Below are positions 44,938-52,697 of a stretch of DNA of 56,718 nt, piece after piece; position 1 is the first letter of the stretch, and every line of letters starts with the position of its first letter. Origin of the DNA: a virus. Taxonomy: Duplodnaviria > Caudoviricetes. The DNA lies in IMG/VR virus record IMGVR_UViG_3300050343_000137, positions 1 to 56,718 of that record, one strand, 5' to 3'. The translations under genes were made by a program, and so were the position numbers. The notes below the pieces were generated by a model. It did no database searches, had not been told where the DNA came from, and saw only the letters and a program-made list of their open reading frames with translations.

Positions 44938-45027
44938 ATGTGTAAAATTTACAAAAAATCTGACCAGAGCTATATTCAAATTTGCAACTGCAAATATGGC
45001 TCAGAAAACTGTGAGGTAAAAAACTAA
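44938..45027 (+). CDS. 29-aa Cys-rich micro-ORF
   Basis: MCKIYKKSDQSYIQICNCKYGSENCEVKN*; TAATG overlap with the next gene. Confidence 0.45.
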   Translation: MCKIYKKSDQSYIQICNCKYGSENCEVKN

Positions 45028-45227
45028 TGTCTGAACATAAGCATATAAGTAACAACGGTTTAACTCAGAAAGAAATGTTATTAATGGTTTTAGAAGGTCA
45101 AGAAAAAATTAACGAACGCATTGACTCGCTTCACGAAAAGGTCAATACAAAAATGTCAAGACAGGAATTTACAGGACTATTTGTGGGCTTTGCAGCCTTA
45201 GCAGCAGTAGTCAATCAATTAATGTAG
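45027..45227 (+). CDS. Small coiled-coil plus TM protein
   Basis: GAGG RBS; hydrophobic C-terminus. Confidence 0.65.
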   Translation: MSEHKHISNNGLTQKEMLLMVLEGQEKINERIDSLHEKVNTKMSRQEFTGLFVGFAALAAVVNQLM

Positions 45228-45250
45228 TCAACAACCCAAGGGGGTTTTAA

Positions 45251-45388
45251 ATGACCGAAATCATATTAGTACTTACAGTCTCACTCACATCTATTGGTGT
45301 ATTAGTTTGGCTAGCAGTGCTTTCTACAAGATTAATAAAAGAATTTATACCAATAGTACAGGAGATTTTAGATGAGAAAAAGAATTAA
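45251..45388 (+). CDS. 45-aa single-TM protein
   Basis: MTEIILVLTVSLTSIGVLVWLAVL... Confidence 0.5.
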   Translation: MTEIILVLTVSLTSIGVLVWLAVLSTRLIKEFIPIVQEILDEKKN

Positions 45389-45512
45389 TAGATGTGATGA
45401 GTGTAAAGAACCACTCAAGAACATACAAAATAATCAGTGGATGTGCGACCAAAGTCCTAAAAAGTGTAATGCTTCAGCAAAAGTTATATTTATACACGAA
45501 GAAGAAGAATGA
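45372..45512 (+). CDS. 46-aa zinc-ribbon micro-protein
   Basis: GGAG RBS; CDEC..WMC..KC; ATGA overlap with the next gene. Confidence 0.55.
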   Translation: MRKRINRCDECKEPLKNIQNNQWMCDQSPKKCNASAKVIFIHEEEE

Positions 45513-45781
45513 AAGATAAATGGCGTTTTGCTGCGTTAATAGTTTATCTAGTTATATGTGTGTACGACTTTATGCTAGTTCCTATATATTACGGAATAGC
45601 AAGAATGGATTTAGATTTAGCTGACTATATGCAGTATCTAACTCTTATAGAAGACCCATTAGTACAAATGGAATATCTAAAGAAACTTGTATCACAACAC
45701 GAACCATTCACTCTTCAAGGTGGCGGATTGTTTCACTTATCATTCGGTGCAATACTTACAGCTAGTACACTTAAGACATGA
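45509..45781 (+). CDS. Membrane protein (holin-like)
   Basis: KWR.AA..VYL.IC.YDF..VP, PFTLQGGGLFHLSFGAIL. Confidence 0.65.
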   Translation: MKDKWRFAALIVYLVICVYDFMLVPIYYGIARMDLDLADYMQYLTLIEDPLVQMEYLKKLVSQHEPFTLQGGGLFHLSFGAILTASTLKT

Positions 45782-45863
45782 GCGAATGGGTTATTATTCT
45801 ATTTTGTACTGGGTTACTGTATGTAGCCTCATATATTGGTTCTGGAAAGAAATTCAAAAATAA

Positions 45864-46037
45864 ATGAATGTGCCATCTCAAGCAAATTTTCATATAAAAT
45901 ACCCATCAACACAACCAGACTGTCCCATTTGTAATACCAGTCTATTAGAGATACATGCAGGTTTGTATTGTGATAACTCAAAATGTATGGGGTATAAGCA
46001 AAAAGTAGTAGCTTGTTGTGAAGGTGGTGCTTGTTAA
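45864..46037 (+). CDS. 57-aa Cys-rich zinc-ribbon micro-protein
   Basis: CPIC..YC...KC...CCEGGAC*. Confidence 0.55.
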   Translation: MNVPSQANFHIKYPSTQPDCPICNTSLLEIHAGLYCDNSKCMGYKQKVVACCEGGAC

Positions 46038-46039
46038 TT

Positions 46040-46071
46040 AGAAAAGCCTCCTACACAGTGGAGACTTTTCT
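46040..46071. terminator. Bidirectional terminator-like hairpin
   Basis: AGAAAAGCCTCC-8 nt-GGAGACTTTTCT. Confidence 0.6.
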
Positions 46072-46214
46072 GTAAGTATTTGCTTTGAATAAGCTTCTAA
46101 TCATGAATTAGCATCTTACTATGGCATATACCGTAGACGAATATATAAAAATATAATACTCTTGTTCTATATATATGTAGGAAAATAAAAAACTTTTCCC
46201 CTATTTAGTATATT

Positions 46215-46382
46215 ATGAACAAAAAATGTATTTTATGTGGCAAAAGACCACAATTAAATGAAAGATATAATTACTGTAACTCTTGTTTACATATTGAGTG
46301 CCGTATATGTGGAAAATGTTCTTTAGGAATGTTGGAGATATTAGATGGTAGAATATGTAATATATGTATTACTACAAAATAG
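46215..46382 (+). CDS. 55-aa double zinc-ribbon micro-protein
   Basis: CILC, CNSC, CRIC, CNIC. Confidence 0.5.
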   Translation: MNKKCILCGKRPQLNERYNYCNSCLHIECRICGKCSLGMLEILDGRICNICITTK

Positions 46383-46705
46383 AAATTTTAAGAGTAGTAG
46401 ATGGGGACACAGTAGATGTTAGAATTGATTTGGGTTTTAATGTGTGGCACAAATGTCGTGTTCGACTCATGGGCATTAATGCTCCAGAATCACGAACAAG
46501 AGATTTGGAAGAGAAAGCAAGAGGGCTGGCTGCAAAAGATTGGCTTATAAAAGAGTTAGAAAGTTCAGAAGTCCAAATGCAATCACACGGAACTGGAAAA
46601 TACGGTAGAGTTCTAGGAACTCTAATAATAGATGATGTAGATATCAACCAAAAGATGGTAGATAAAGGACACGCTATTTGGTATGACGGCGGTTCACGCT
46701 CATAA
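46364..46705 (+). CDS. Thermonuclease (SNase-like) family protein
   Basis: RVVDGDT...IDLGF, VRLMGINAPE, GKYGRVLG, INQKMV..GHA..YDG. Confidence 0.92.
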   Translation: MYYYKIEILRVVDGDTVDVRIDLGFNVWHKCRVRLMGINAPESRTRDLEEKARGLAAKDWLIKELESSEVQMQSHGTGKYGRVLGTLIIDDVDINQKMVDKGHAIWYDGGSRS

Positions 46706-46709
46706 AACT

Positions 46710-46950
46710 GGGGTGGTCTCACATTGAGAAGCTGCTTCAGTCTTTCGACACTCTAATCTTTTCGATTAGAAAGCTGATTATTTTTGCCCACTCATACCGT
46801 TATGAACGGGAATACCTACCGAATTTAATTAGCAGGTTTACTATCATCCCTTGCTCCCTAGCGATAGTCATGCTAGTTCACTTACTTTTTTAAAGCACAG
46901 TAGAGCTACTGAAAATAATCTTGGCTATCTCCGAAAGGAGGGACCACCCC
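46710..46950 (-). ncRNA. Candidate highly structured ncRNA (about 240 nt)
   Basis: Terminal helix GGGGUGGUC/GACCACCCC, long-range helix GAUUAUUUU/AAAAUAAUC, several internal hairpins; most G-U pairs favour the minus strand. Confidence 0.65.
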
Positions 46951-46956
46951 TAATAA

Positions 46957-47358
46957 TTAAAAGAGGTTATCTTCTTTCTCTTGAAGCATAATTTGTGCCA
47001 TAGTTATCCTTCTACTACCAAGTTTAGCAATTTCTTTTACCATCTCTATAAAAGCATTAAGCTGACCTGTTCTAAATTTATATAAAGGGTGCTTAGTTTT
47101 ACCTATATCTATACCACTTTCAAACTTCTTACAATACATTTCTATTTCTTTTGCTCTTGCATAGTATGCAACTGCTATTTCGTATAGAGAAGACACACCA
47201 GCTTCTACTGGTGATTTTGTTCTACCAAATAAAGTGTCTGTATATCCTTCTATTTCGTTTTCAAAGTTACGAATAGTTTCCATTGCATTGCCATGATGCT
47301 CAATGTCTTCAAACTTAACATGTAGCAAAGAGTTTTTTTTAGCTAAATTTTCACCCAT
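46957..47358 (-). CDS. Hypothetical protein (helical)
   Basis: 133 aa; YYARAKEIE, YKFRTGQL, LGSRRIT. Confidence 0.75.
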   Translation of the reverse strand: MGENLAKKNSLLHVKFEDIEHHGNAMETIRNFENEIEGYTDTLFGRTKSPVEAGVSSLYEIAVAYYARAKEIEMYCKKFESGIDIGKTKHPLYKFRTGQLNAFIEMVKEIAKLGSRRITMAQIMLQEKEDNLF

Positions 47359-47500
47359 TTACTTCTGCTTCTTTCATCATATGAGCATTTCCACAATCGT
47401 AACATATTTTATGAAGCTCATTTAAAACTCCAAGCCATATTCCGTCTGTCCCGGAATGTACTATATTTTCTTTAGTACCGCAACGTCCGCATTCATTCAT
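47351..47500 (-). CDS. 49-aa zinc-finger micro-protein
   Basis: AAGGAG RBS; MNECGRC...ICYDC. Confidence 0.6.
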   Translation of the reverse strand: MNECGRCGTKENIVHSGTDGIWLGVLNELHKICYDCGNAHMMKEAEVNG

Positions 47501-47628
47501 TGTTCTCCTTTTCTTGTAGCAAATCTATAAAATAATTTATATATTGCCTTTTATTTTCTTTCGGTAACCAACACAAAATTATTGCAGCAGCATATTCTAA
47601 ATTTCTTTTAGCTTTTTTTTCTGCCGCT

Positions 47629-47868
47629 TTAGAGTTCATCTTGTTTCCAATCATTATAAAAAGTTTCTAATCTAGTAAGCATAAGTTTATGACTTTGTAT
47701 ATTGTACTCAATCATCTTAAGCGTATTTCTATATATTTCTTTTAAGTCTTTACTTTCTGGTTCACCCATAAAAGCTAACTCTTTTTTAAACTCTTTAGCT
47801 TCAAGAATTGTATTTTGACAATCTTCTAAAGCATCAAGTACATCGAATAGTGAATCATATTTTTCCAT
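47629..47868 (-). CDS. Hypothetical helical protein
   Basis: Start MEKY at 47868 after an AAGGA RBS. Confidence 0.7.
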   Translation of the reverse strand: MEKYDSLFDVLDALEDCQNTILEAKEFKKELAFMGEPESKDLKEIYRNTLKMIEYNIQSHKLMLTRLETFYNDWKQDEL

Positions 47869-47887
47869 AATTTCCTTCCGTAAAAAA

Positions 47888-47994
47888 TGTAAAGGGTGTT
47901 CAACGATAGGCAAGAACAGCAACCTAATTATAAAAATTAGAGTGGTTACTAAAAACCTAGTATGGAGCTCTCTTCCATCTCTAGTCCCTTTACA
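47888..47994 (-). ncRNA. Candidate four-way-junction RNA / structured leader
   Basis: UGUAAAGGG/CCCUUUACA closes three hairpins. Confidence 0.5.
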
Positions 47995-48102
47995 AAACTA
48001 ATTTTAGCAGACATTTAACTGTATGCTTCACAAATGGAGTTTGAGACAGGTGTTGCATCAACAAAGGGGCTTGTTACAGCTAGTAGCTTTACTACCATTA
48101 GC

Positions 48103-49668
48103 TTATACATCCACACTGTCTCTACCCTCCAATTCGTAATCTTTAATAACTAAACCGTTTTCTATTTTACCAACAGTCGATGGTTTTCTGTACATACTTT
48201 TAACGTACTTACCTAAAAACAATCCATTACCGTTTATACCATAATGAGCCCAATGACCCCTTCTAGTGTGTTGTGCTAATTCACTGGTTCTAAGCGGTCT
48301 TTCTGTACCGTCAGATTCTACAACATAAAGAGATGGCTTAACTTTTAAAGTTTTAATTGTTACAGTAGGTTCATCACTTTCTGTGTTTAAACCCATCTTG
48401 GAACGCTTAATTCTTTTACGCTCTTGCCTAGGTACTGATATATTTTCTCTGACAAAGATACCATCTTTTTCACCATTCAACCATTGTGTGACTCTAAACA
48501 ATCCACCTATGACTGCGTGTGTAATAATTGAGTTAGACAAATAGAAGCGAACAGACTCTGCTTTAGCATTCTGGTGTTGACTTCTAAGCCTTTTAGTAAA
48601 CTCATCATCTGAATCTTTTTGACTGTCTAAAATACCTCCATACAAATCAAGAACACCGTGTGCGTGAGTAGAGCTAGTACTTTGTTGGTTCAAATAATTA
48701 TAAGCGTCACTGTACATACTTCTTTCTTTATCAGACATTCTGTTGTCATGAAACGAAGTAAAAGTATAAGGTCTTCCATAATTGTCTAAGTTGATTTGAA
48801 TATTATTAATCCAAGTAATTTTACCATTAGCACTACAAGTAGCATCGTCGCAACAAAATCTTCTTCCATATATGTCAACAAATTGAGTATATTGTGGACG
48901 AACATCTTCTGCTATATATGGCATAGATGGCATTTCTAAAACCCAATCTCTGTAATTTTTATGTATAGAAATTTCACCTTTTTCTACAAACTTTCCCATA
49001 TTCGGGTGGTCTAAAAATTCTCTAGGTGTTAAGTGTGCTAAGTCTTCATTAAGAGCAAGAGGGTCTTTAACAACCCATTCTCTATGTTGTACATTCTCTA
49101 TTGGTTTGTCTAAGTCAAACTGACGGACAACAACAGATATGTCTTTAAATCTAGGTATATCAACTTCTGAAAGTGATTCATCATCAATAAAATAATTAAC
49201 TAGCTCATCTATTTTGTTGTTTGAATCTAGCATATAAAAGTTATCTTCATATGGCTGTGTCAAAAATACATTGTCTTCATTAAATAAATTAGACAAACTT
49301 TCTAAAGCATCAAAACATAAATCATTTTTTGTATTGTTATCTTTTACTTTAGTAATTAATGAGTCAATCTCCATTTCAAATACTTCACTAGCATTAAACA
49401 TATATGGAACTTTTCCAATTTCTACATTTTTATTTACTTCTTCTGATATGTAATGAATAGACCTTTCAACATTAGTACAAATGTTAGAGACTTTTTGTAA
49501 AAACTCTTTTGGGTTTACATTTTCTTCCTCAAGAGTTTTTAAGAACTCTGGGTTTGATTTCATTTCCTGTAAGTAATCTACTAGATTGTCGTGTATTGCA
49601 GGAAAGTAAAGATTAGGGAACGAAGTGTTAGCTAAGTCTCTGCCTAAAATTTCTGATAGTTGTAACAT
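48103..49668 (-). CDS. Large hypothetical protein with C-terminal HxRRGHW motif
   Basis: AAGGAG RBS before MLQL at 49668; QHTRRGHWAHY...KPSTVG. Confidence 0.75.
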   Translation of the reverse strand: MLQLSEILGRDLANTSFPNLYFPAIHDNLVDYLQEMKSNPEFLKTLEEENVNPKEFLQKVSNICTNVERSIHYISEEVNKNVEIGKVPYMFNASEVFEMEIDSLITKVKDNNTKNDLCFDALESLSNLFNEDNVFLTQPYEDNFYMLDSNNKIDELVNYFIDDESLSEVDIPRFKDISVVVRQFDLDKPIENVQHREWVVKDPLALNEDLAHLTPREFLDHPNMGKFVEKGEISIHKNYRDWVLEMPSMPYIAEDVRPQYTQFVDIYGRRFCCDDATCSANGKITWINNIQINLDNYGRPYTFTSFHDNRMSDKERSMYSDAYNYLNQQSTSSTHAHGVLDLYGGILDSQKDSDDEFTKRLRSQHQNAKAESVRFYLSNSIITHAVIGGLFRVTQWLNGEKDGIFVRENISVPRQERKRIKRSKMGLNTESDEPTVTIKTLKVKPSLYVVESDGTERPLRTSELAQHTRRGHWAHYGINGNGLFLGKYVKSMYRKPSTVGKIENGLVIKDYELEGRDSVDV

Positions 49669-49696
49669 AATATTCTCCTTGTTTTTCTGTACTACC

Positions 49697-49725
49697 ATTA
49701 TATCATATAATTAAAAAAAAAGCAA
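49697..49725 (-). promoter_or_regulatory. Housekeeping-sigma promoter
   Basis: TTGCTT-17 bp-(TGa)TATAAT. Confidence 0.75.
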
Positions 49726-49738
49726 GTATTAAAAAAAC

Positions 49739-49760
49739 TGTCGTACCCTGTTGGTAGGAT
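49739..49760 (+). promoter_or_regulatory. PafBC/RecA-NDp-like promoter
   Basis: TGTCGT-N10-TAGGAT upstream of ORF 49794. Confidence 0.55.
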
Positions 49761-49793
49761 GAAATCTGTAATAGTAAAAATAGGAGAGACTAT

Positions 49794-50177
49794 ATGTATA
49801 TAAATAAATTAGAAAGAAGAGAAGCCAAGAGAAATTTTAATGGCTTACCAGATATAGATGGAGAGTTTGACACAGTTCAAATAGAAATAGAAGTACCACT
49901 TCATTCCATACAAGTTAAAGACTTTTATGAGTTTATGAAGAAGTATCCTAAGACAGAAGCTAATCCATACTCTAATGATGATATGCCTACACATATGGGC
50001 GACTGTATTTCTGACTACCTAAAAACACTGGTAGACGAAGGAAGCTTAAAGTCGTTCTTTGGTGGTGACTTTATGTCAACAGATTATTTAAGTTTGCATC
50101 CTTGGACTTTTCATTTAAAAGAATCAAAATTTAATTTTGAAGCTAAGTACAAAGTAGAGAGCGAAGCACCTTTCTAA
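49794..50177 (+). CDS. Hypothetical protein
   Basis: AGGAG RBS, 127 aa. Confidence 0.7.
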   Translation: MYINKLERREAKRNFNGLPDIDGEFDTVQIEIEVPLHSIQVKDFYEFMKKYPKTEANPYSNDDMPTHMGDCISDYLKTLVDEGSLKSFFGGDFMSTDYLSLHPWTFHLKESKFNFEAKYKVESEAPF

Positions 50178-50182
50178 AATAA

Positions 50183-51076
50183 TTAATTAATACTTTGCTT
50201 CGGTGGTCTAACAGATTGCTGAGCAAAGTATTCTTTTCTTCTAACTACTGGGAAGCCATCCCATTCACCTTTTTCCCAAACTCTTAAGTATGTAGATGTT
50301 GGGTAATCTATTCCAGCTTTTTTAACTATGGTGTGCATAATATCAAAAGACATTTTACCCAATGCTTGTATGTCTTGATGCGTATGAACCCTTGTCCCCA
50401 TACAAGTTTGTGCAAATCTTCTATGTCCAAGAGAAGCACCATTGTGTATGTCAATCAAATGTGATACTTCAACACCATAACCAGTAGGATATTCTAAAGC
50501 TTCTAATACCTCTCTTCTCCCTGCATACTCACCAGATAAAGGCTGATAAAACTCTTGTATCTTAGGATAGAACATTGCCAACATAGGACGAGCAACAAGT
50601 TCTGTAACTCTACCCATATTACCTCGGTCATAATATGCTTTTACATAATCAACTTCTGGGTTCATAATTAGTGGTCCAACAAGTCCACGAACAAATCTGT
50701 CATCAAAATTTTTAATGTCTCCATCAAGGTAAACTACAATATCTGAGTTAGTTACAAATAATCCTTTCCAAAGATTTTCTCCTTTACCTCCTATAACCTT
50801 TCCTAAGTCTGGTCTAATGTCTTCGGCTAAATAAAAATCTACACCCATAGACGAAACAATTTCTTGTGTGTCATCTGTTGAGCCACTGTCTACTACTACA
50901 AGCTCATCAACCCATTCGGGTATAGCTTTTAAGATTTTAGAAATGTTTTCACCCTCGTTTAAAGTTGGTATAATGACAGCTATAGAGTTATTTTTTTTGT
51001 GACTTAGAATGTATCTTTCGCTAAAGAAACTTTCGTCATATGTGAATGGTTGATACCAAGTGTCAATTCTTTCCAT
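50183..51076 (-). CDS. gpgS: Glucosyl-3-phosphoglycerate synthase-like glycosyltransferase (GT-A fold)
   Basis: VIIPTLNE, VVDSGSTD, GKGENLW, YLDGD, GRVTELVARP, QPLSGEYAGRRE, GYGVE, RVHTHQ. Confidence 0.85.
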   Translation of the reverse strand: MERIDTWYQPFTYDESFFSERYILSHKKNNSIAVIIPTLNEGENISKILKAIPEWVDELVVVDSGSTDDTQEIVSSMGVDFYLAEDIRPDLGKVIGGKGENLWKGLFVTNSDIVVYLDGDIKNFDDRFVRGLVGPLIMNPEVDYVKAYYDRGNMGRVTELVARPMLAMFYPKIQEFYQPLSGEYAGRREVLEALEYPTGYGVEVSHLIDIHNGASLGHRRFAQTCMGTRVHTHQDIQALGKMSFDIMHTIVKKAGIDYPTSTYLRVWEKGEWDGFPVVRRKEYFAQQSVRPPKQSIN

Positions 51077-51106
51077 AAGAAATAATAACACAATTAAATA
51101 GTTCTA

Positions 51107-51245
51107 TAGGTATAGTTAATAGGTTTAGTTATTAGGTATAGTTCCAGTTCATCTGACGTACTACTGTAGTTCATTTAACGAACCCCGGCAGTTCGCCTCT
51201 CGAACCCCTGTAGTTCATCTGACGATATACGGTGTTCATCTCTCA
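51107..51245. repeat. Iteron-like array plus three AT-rich 13-bp-period repeats (putative replication origin)
   Basis: GTTCATCTGACG-like units at 51147, 51169, 51191, 51213, 51234; TAGGTWTAGTT at 51107, 51120, 51133. Confidence 0.75.
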
Positions 51246-51247
51246 TA

Positions 51248-51291
51248 CCACTACATATAGTGGGTAGTAAAAAACATACCACATATGGTAT
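51248..51291. promoter_or_regulatory. Two NrdR-box-like palindromes
   Basis: CCACTACATATAGTGG (51248) and ATACCACATATGGTAT (51276) versus consensus acaCwAtATaTwGtgt. Confidence 0.65.
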
Positions 51292-51486
51292 GCACTAAAA
51301 ATCAAGTATGATATAATAAAGTATAAGGATATATAAGTGTTTCCTTCACTAATCTCCTTTTTCTGTCGGTATATGTACCCTTTAGCTGTCAAAAGCTTTA
51401 GGGTCCCCAAAAAAACTCGCAGCCGGAACGGTATAAACCCCATATCTAACCCCTTATACCAGAGGTCAAAAATTTTTATTTTTCAC

Positions 51487-51632
51487 TTGCTTCATTCCCC
51501 ACTCTGTGGTATACTTATATAGAGGCATAAAAGCCGGTAAAGGAAGCACATTCGTTACTGAAAGCTTACTTACTAGCATAGATGGGGTAAAACATATTTC
51601 CTATAAGGGTTGGGTGTCGCTCGCCCTTTTTT
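51487..51632 (+). ncRNA. Promoter-to-terminator unit without ORF (candidate sRNA, about 110 nt)
   Basis: TTGCTT-17-(TGg)TATACT at 51487-51515; GC-rich hairpin plus T6 at 51605-51632. Confidence 0.5.
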
Positions 51633-51723
51633 AATCTAAACTAAAACTCTAGATTTATTCTTGTCATATGACATTACACTGAAATAGCATTAGGCGGCGC
51701 GGAAACACAAAGATACGTTCTTT

Positions 51724-52143
51724 TTACTTATCCCCAGAATATTTAATCTGAATAGTAACAGGTTCATCATCAGCTCCACCCATCTCAATCTTCTGTGGTT
51801 TAGACCATTTATCGAAGCTTCTCTCTAGCCACCAAGCAGCAGCTTGCCATTGTCCTCTACTAGCTGCAGTCTTAATGCTATTAAGGAAAATACCTTCTGC
51901 TTCTGCTCTTGCTTTCTCCATAGAGTTCAGAAAGTCACTATGTAAAGTCTGTAAACCTGCATCTCTATCATCTCTGCCTTTAGACAGCCAACTGTACAGA
52001 GTACCCTTGCTGATGCCAGCCATCCTAGCTGCGTCTTCAACGAAATAGCCCATTCTAAGCCAGTTTTGTACATTGATGATAAGTTCTGCACTTAGCTTAC
52101 TTGGTCGACCTAATTTATTATCTTTTTTCTTTTCAATACTCAT
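51724..52143 (-). CDS. Terminase small subunit-like HTH protein
   Basis: GRPSKL, AARMAGISKGTLYSW, FL..MEKARAEAE, WQAAAWWLER. Confidence 0.75.
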   Translation of the reverse strand: MSIEKKKDNKLGRPSKLSAELIINVQNWLRMGYFVEDAARMAGISKGTLYSWLSKGRDDRDAGLQTLHSDFLNSMEKARAEAEGIFLNSIKTAASRGQWQAAAWWLERSFDKWSKPQKIEMGGADDEPVTIQIKYSGDK

Positions 52144-52221
52144 TACATATATATTCTAGCATGGTATTTATTGACTCGATTGAAATATTAGATTACGTAA
52201 GGGTATGTGTTATAATACTGT

Positions 52222-52492
52222 ATGGACTACATTCAAAAGATAGAAGAGCTCAAAAGTAAGCTCGAACAACTAGCCATCATGCGTGGTGACGATGCTCTTT
52301 TAGATTATGTACAAGACATAGATATGACACGTATAGACCCTGTAGTCGCTGTGTTGTACATAGGTACACTCACTTTCATACTTTGAAAACCTAGAACTCT
52401 TCAGCGAAGAGGAGAGAATAGAATTAGGTCTATGTAGAGAATGGGTACATCCAAGTGCTTGGAGAACAATCAAAATGGAGTGGGCAGAATAA
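52222..52492 (+). CDS. Hypothetical protein, probably leaderless (one indel near 52375)
   Basis: TGtTATAAT 5 nt before the ATG; MDYIQKIEEL... continues as YFENLELF...MEWAE* after correcting one base. Confidence 0.55.
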
Positions 52493-52656
52493 TTTAAAAA
52501 AATTTTTTCGCCTTTACTATACGCTTACGTTTTCAAACCTACACAGATTAGTACCCCCACCATATACACTATACATTCGAGAAATTAGGATTTATGCGCT
52601 CTGACGTCCGGACCCTATTATATCGCTTGGTTAGCGATTTCACATGAACCCCCAGC

Positions 52657-52674
52657 TTGTGAAATTTTTCACAA
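52657..52674. promoter_or_regulatory. Perfect Rex-operator-like palindrome inside a longer hairpin
   Basis: TTGTGAA-ATTT-TTCACAA. Confidence 0.5.
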
Positions 52675-52697
52675 TCTAGGGGTGCTTGTGTATTCTG

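Noticed and set aside
46072-46119. Additional small structured RNA next to the 46040 hairpin
   Set aside because: Stems are short and AU-rich and I could not find a clear promoter.
46710-46950. tmRNA or tRNA (GGGG start, pseudoknots, AKIISF-like frame)
   Set aside because: No T-arm (GGTTCRA) or properly placed CCA; the tag-like frame is base-paired and does not end in Ala-Ala.
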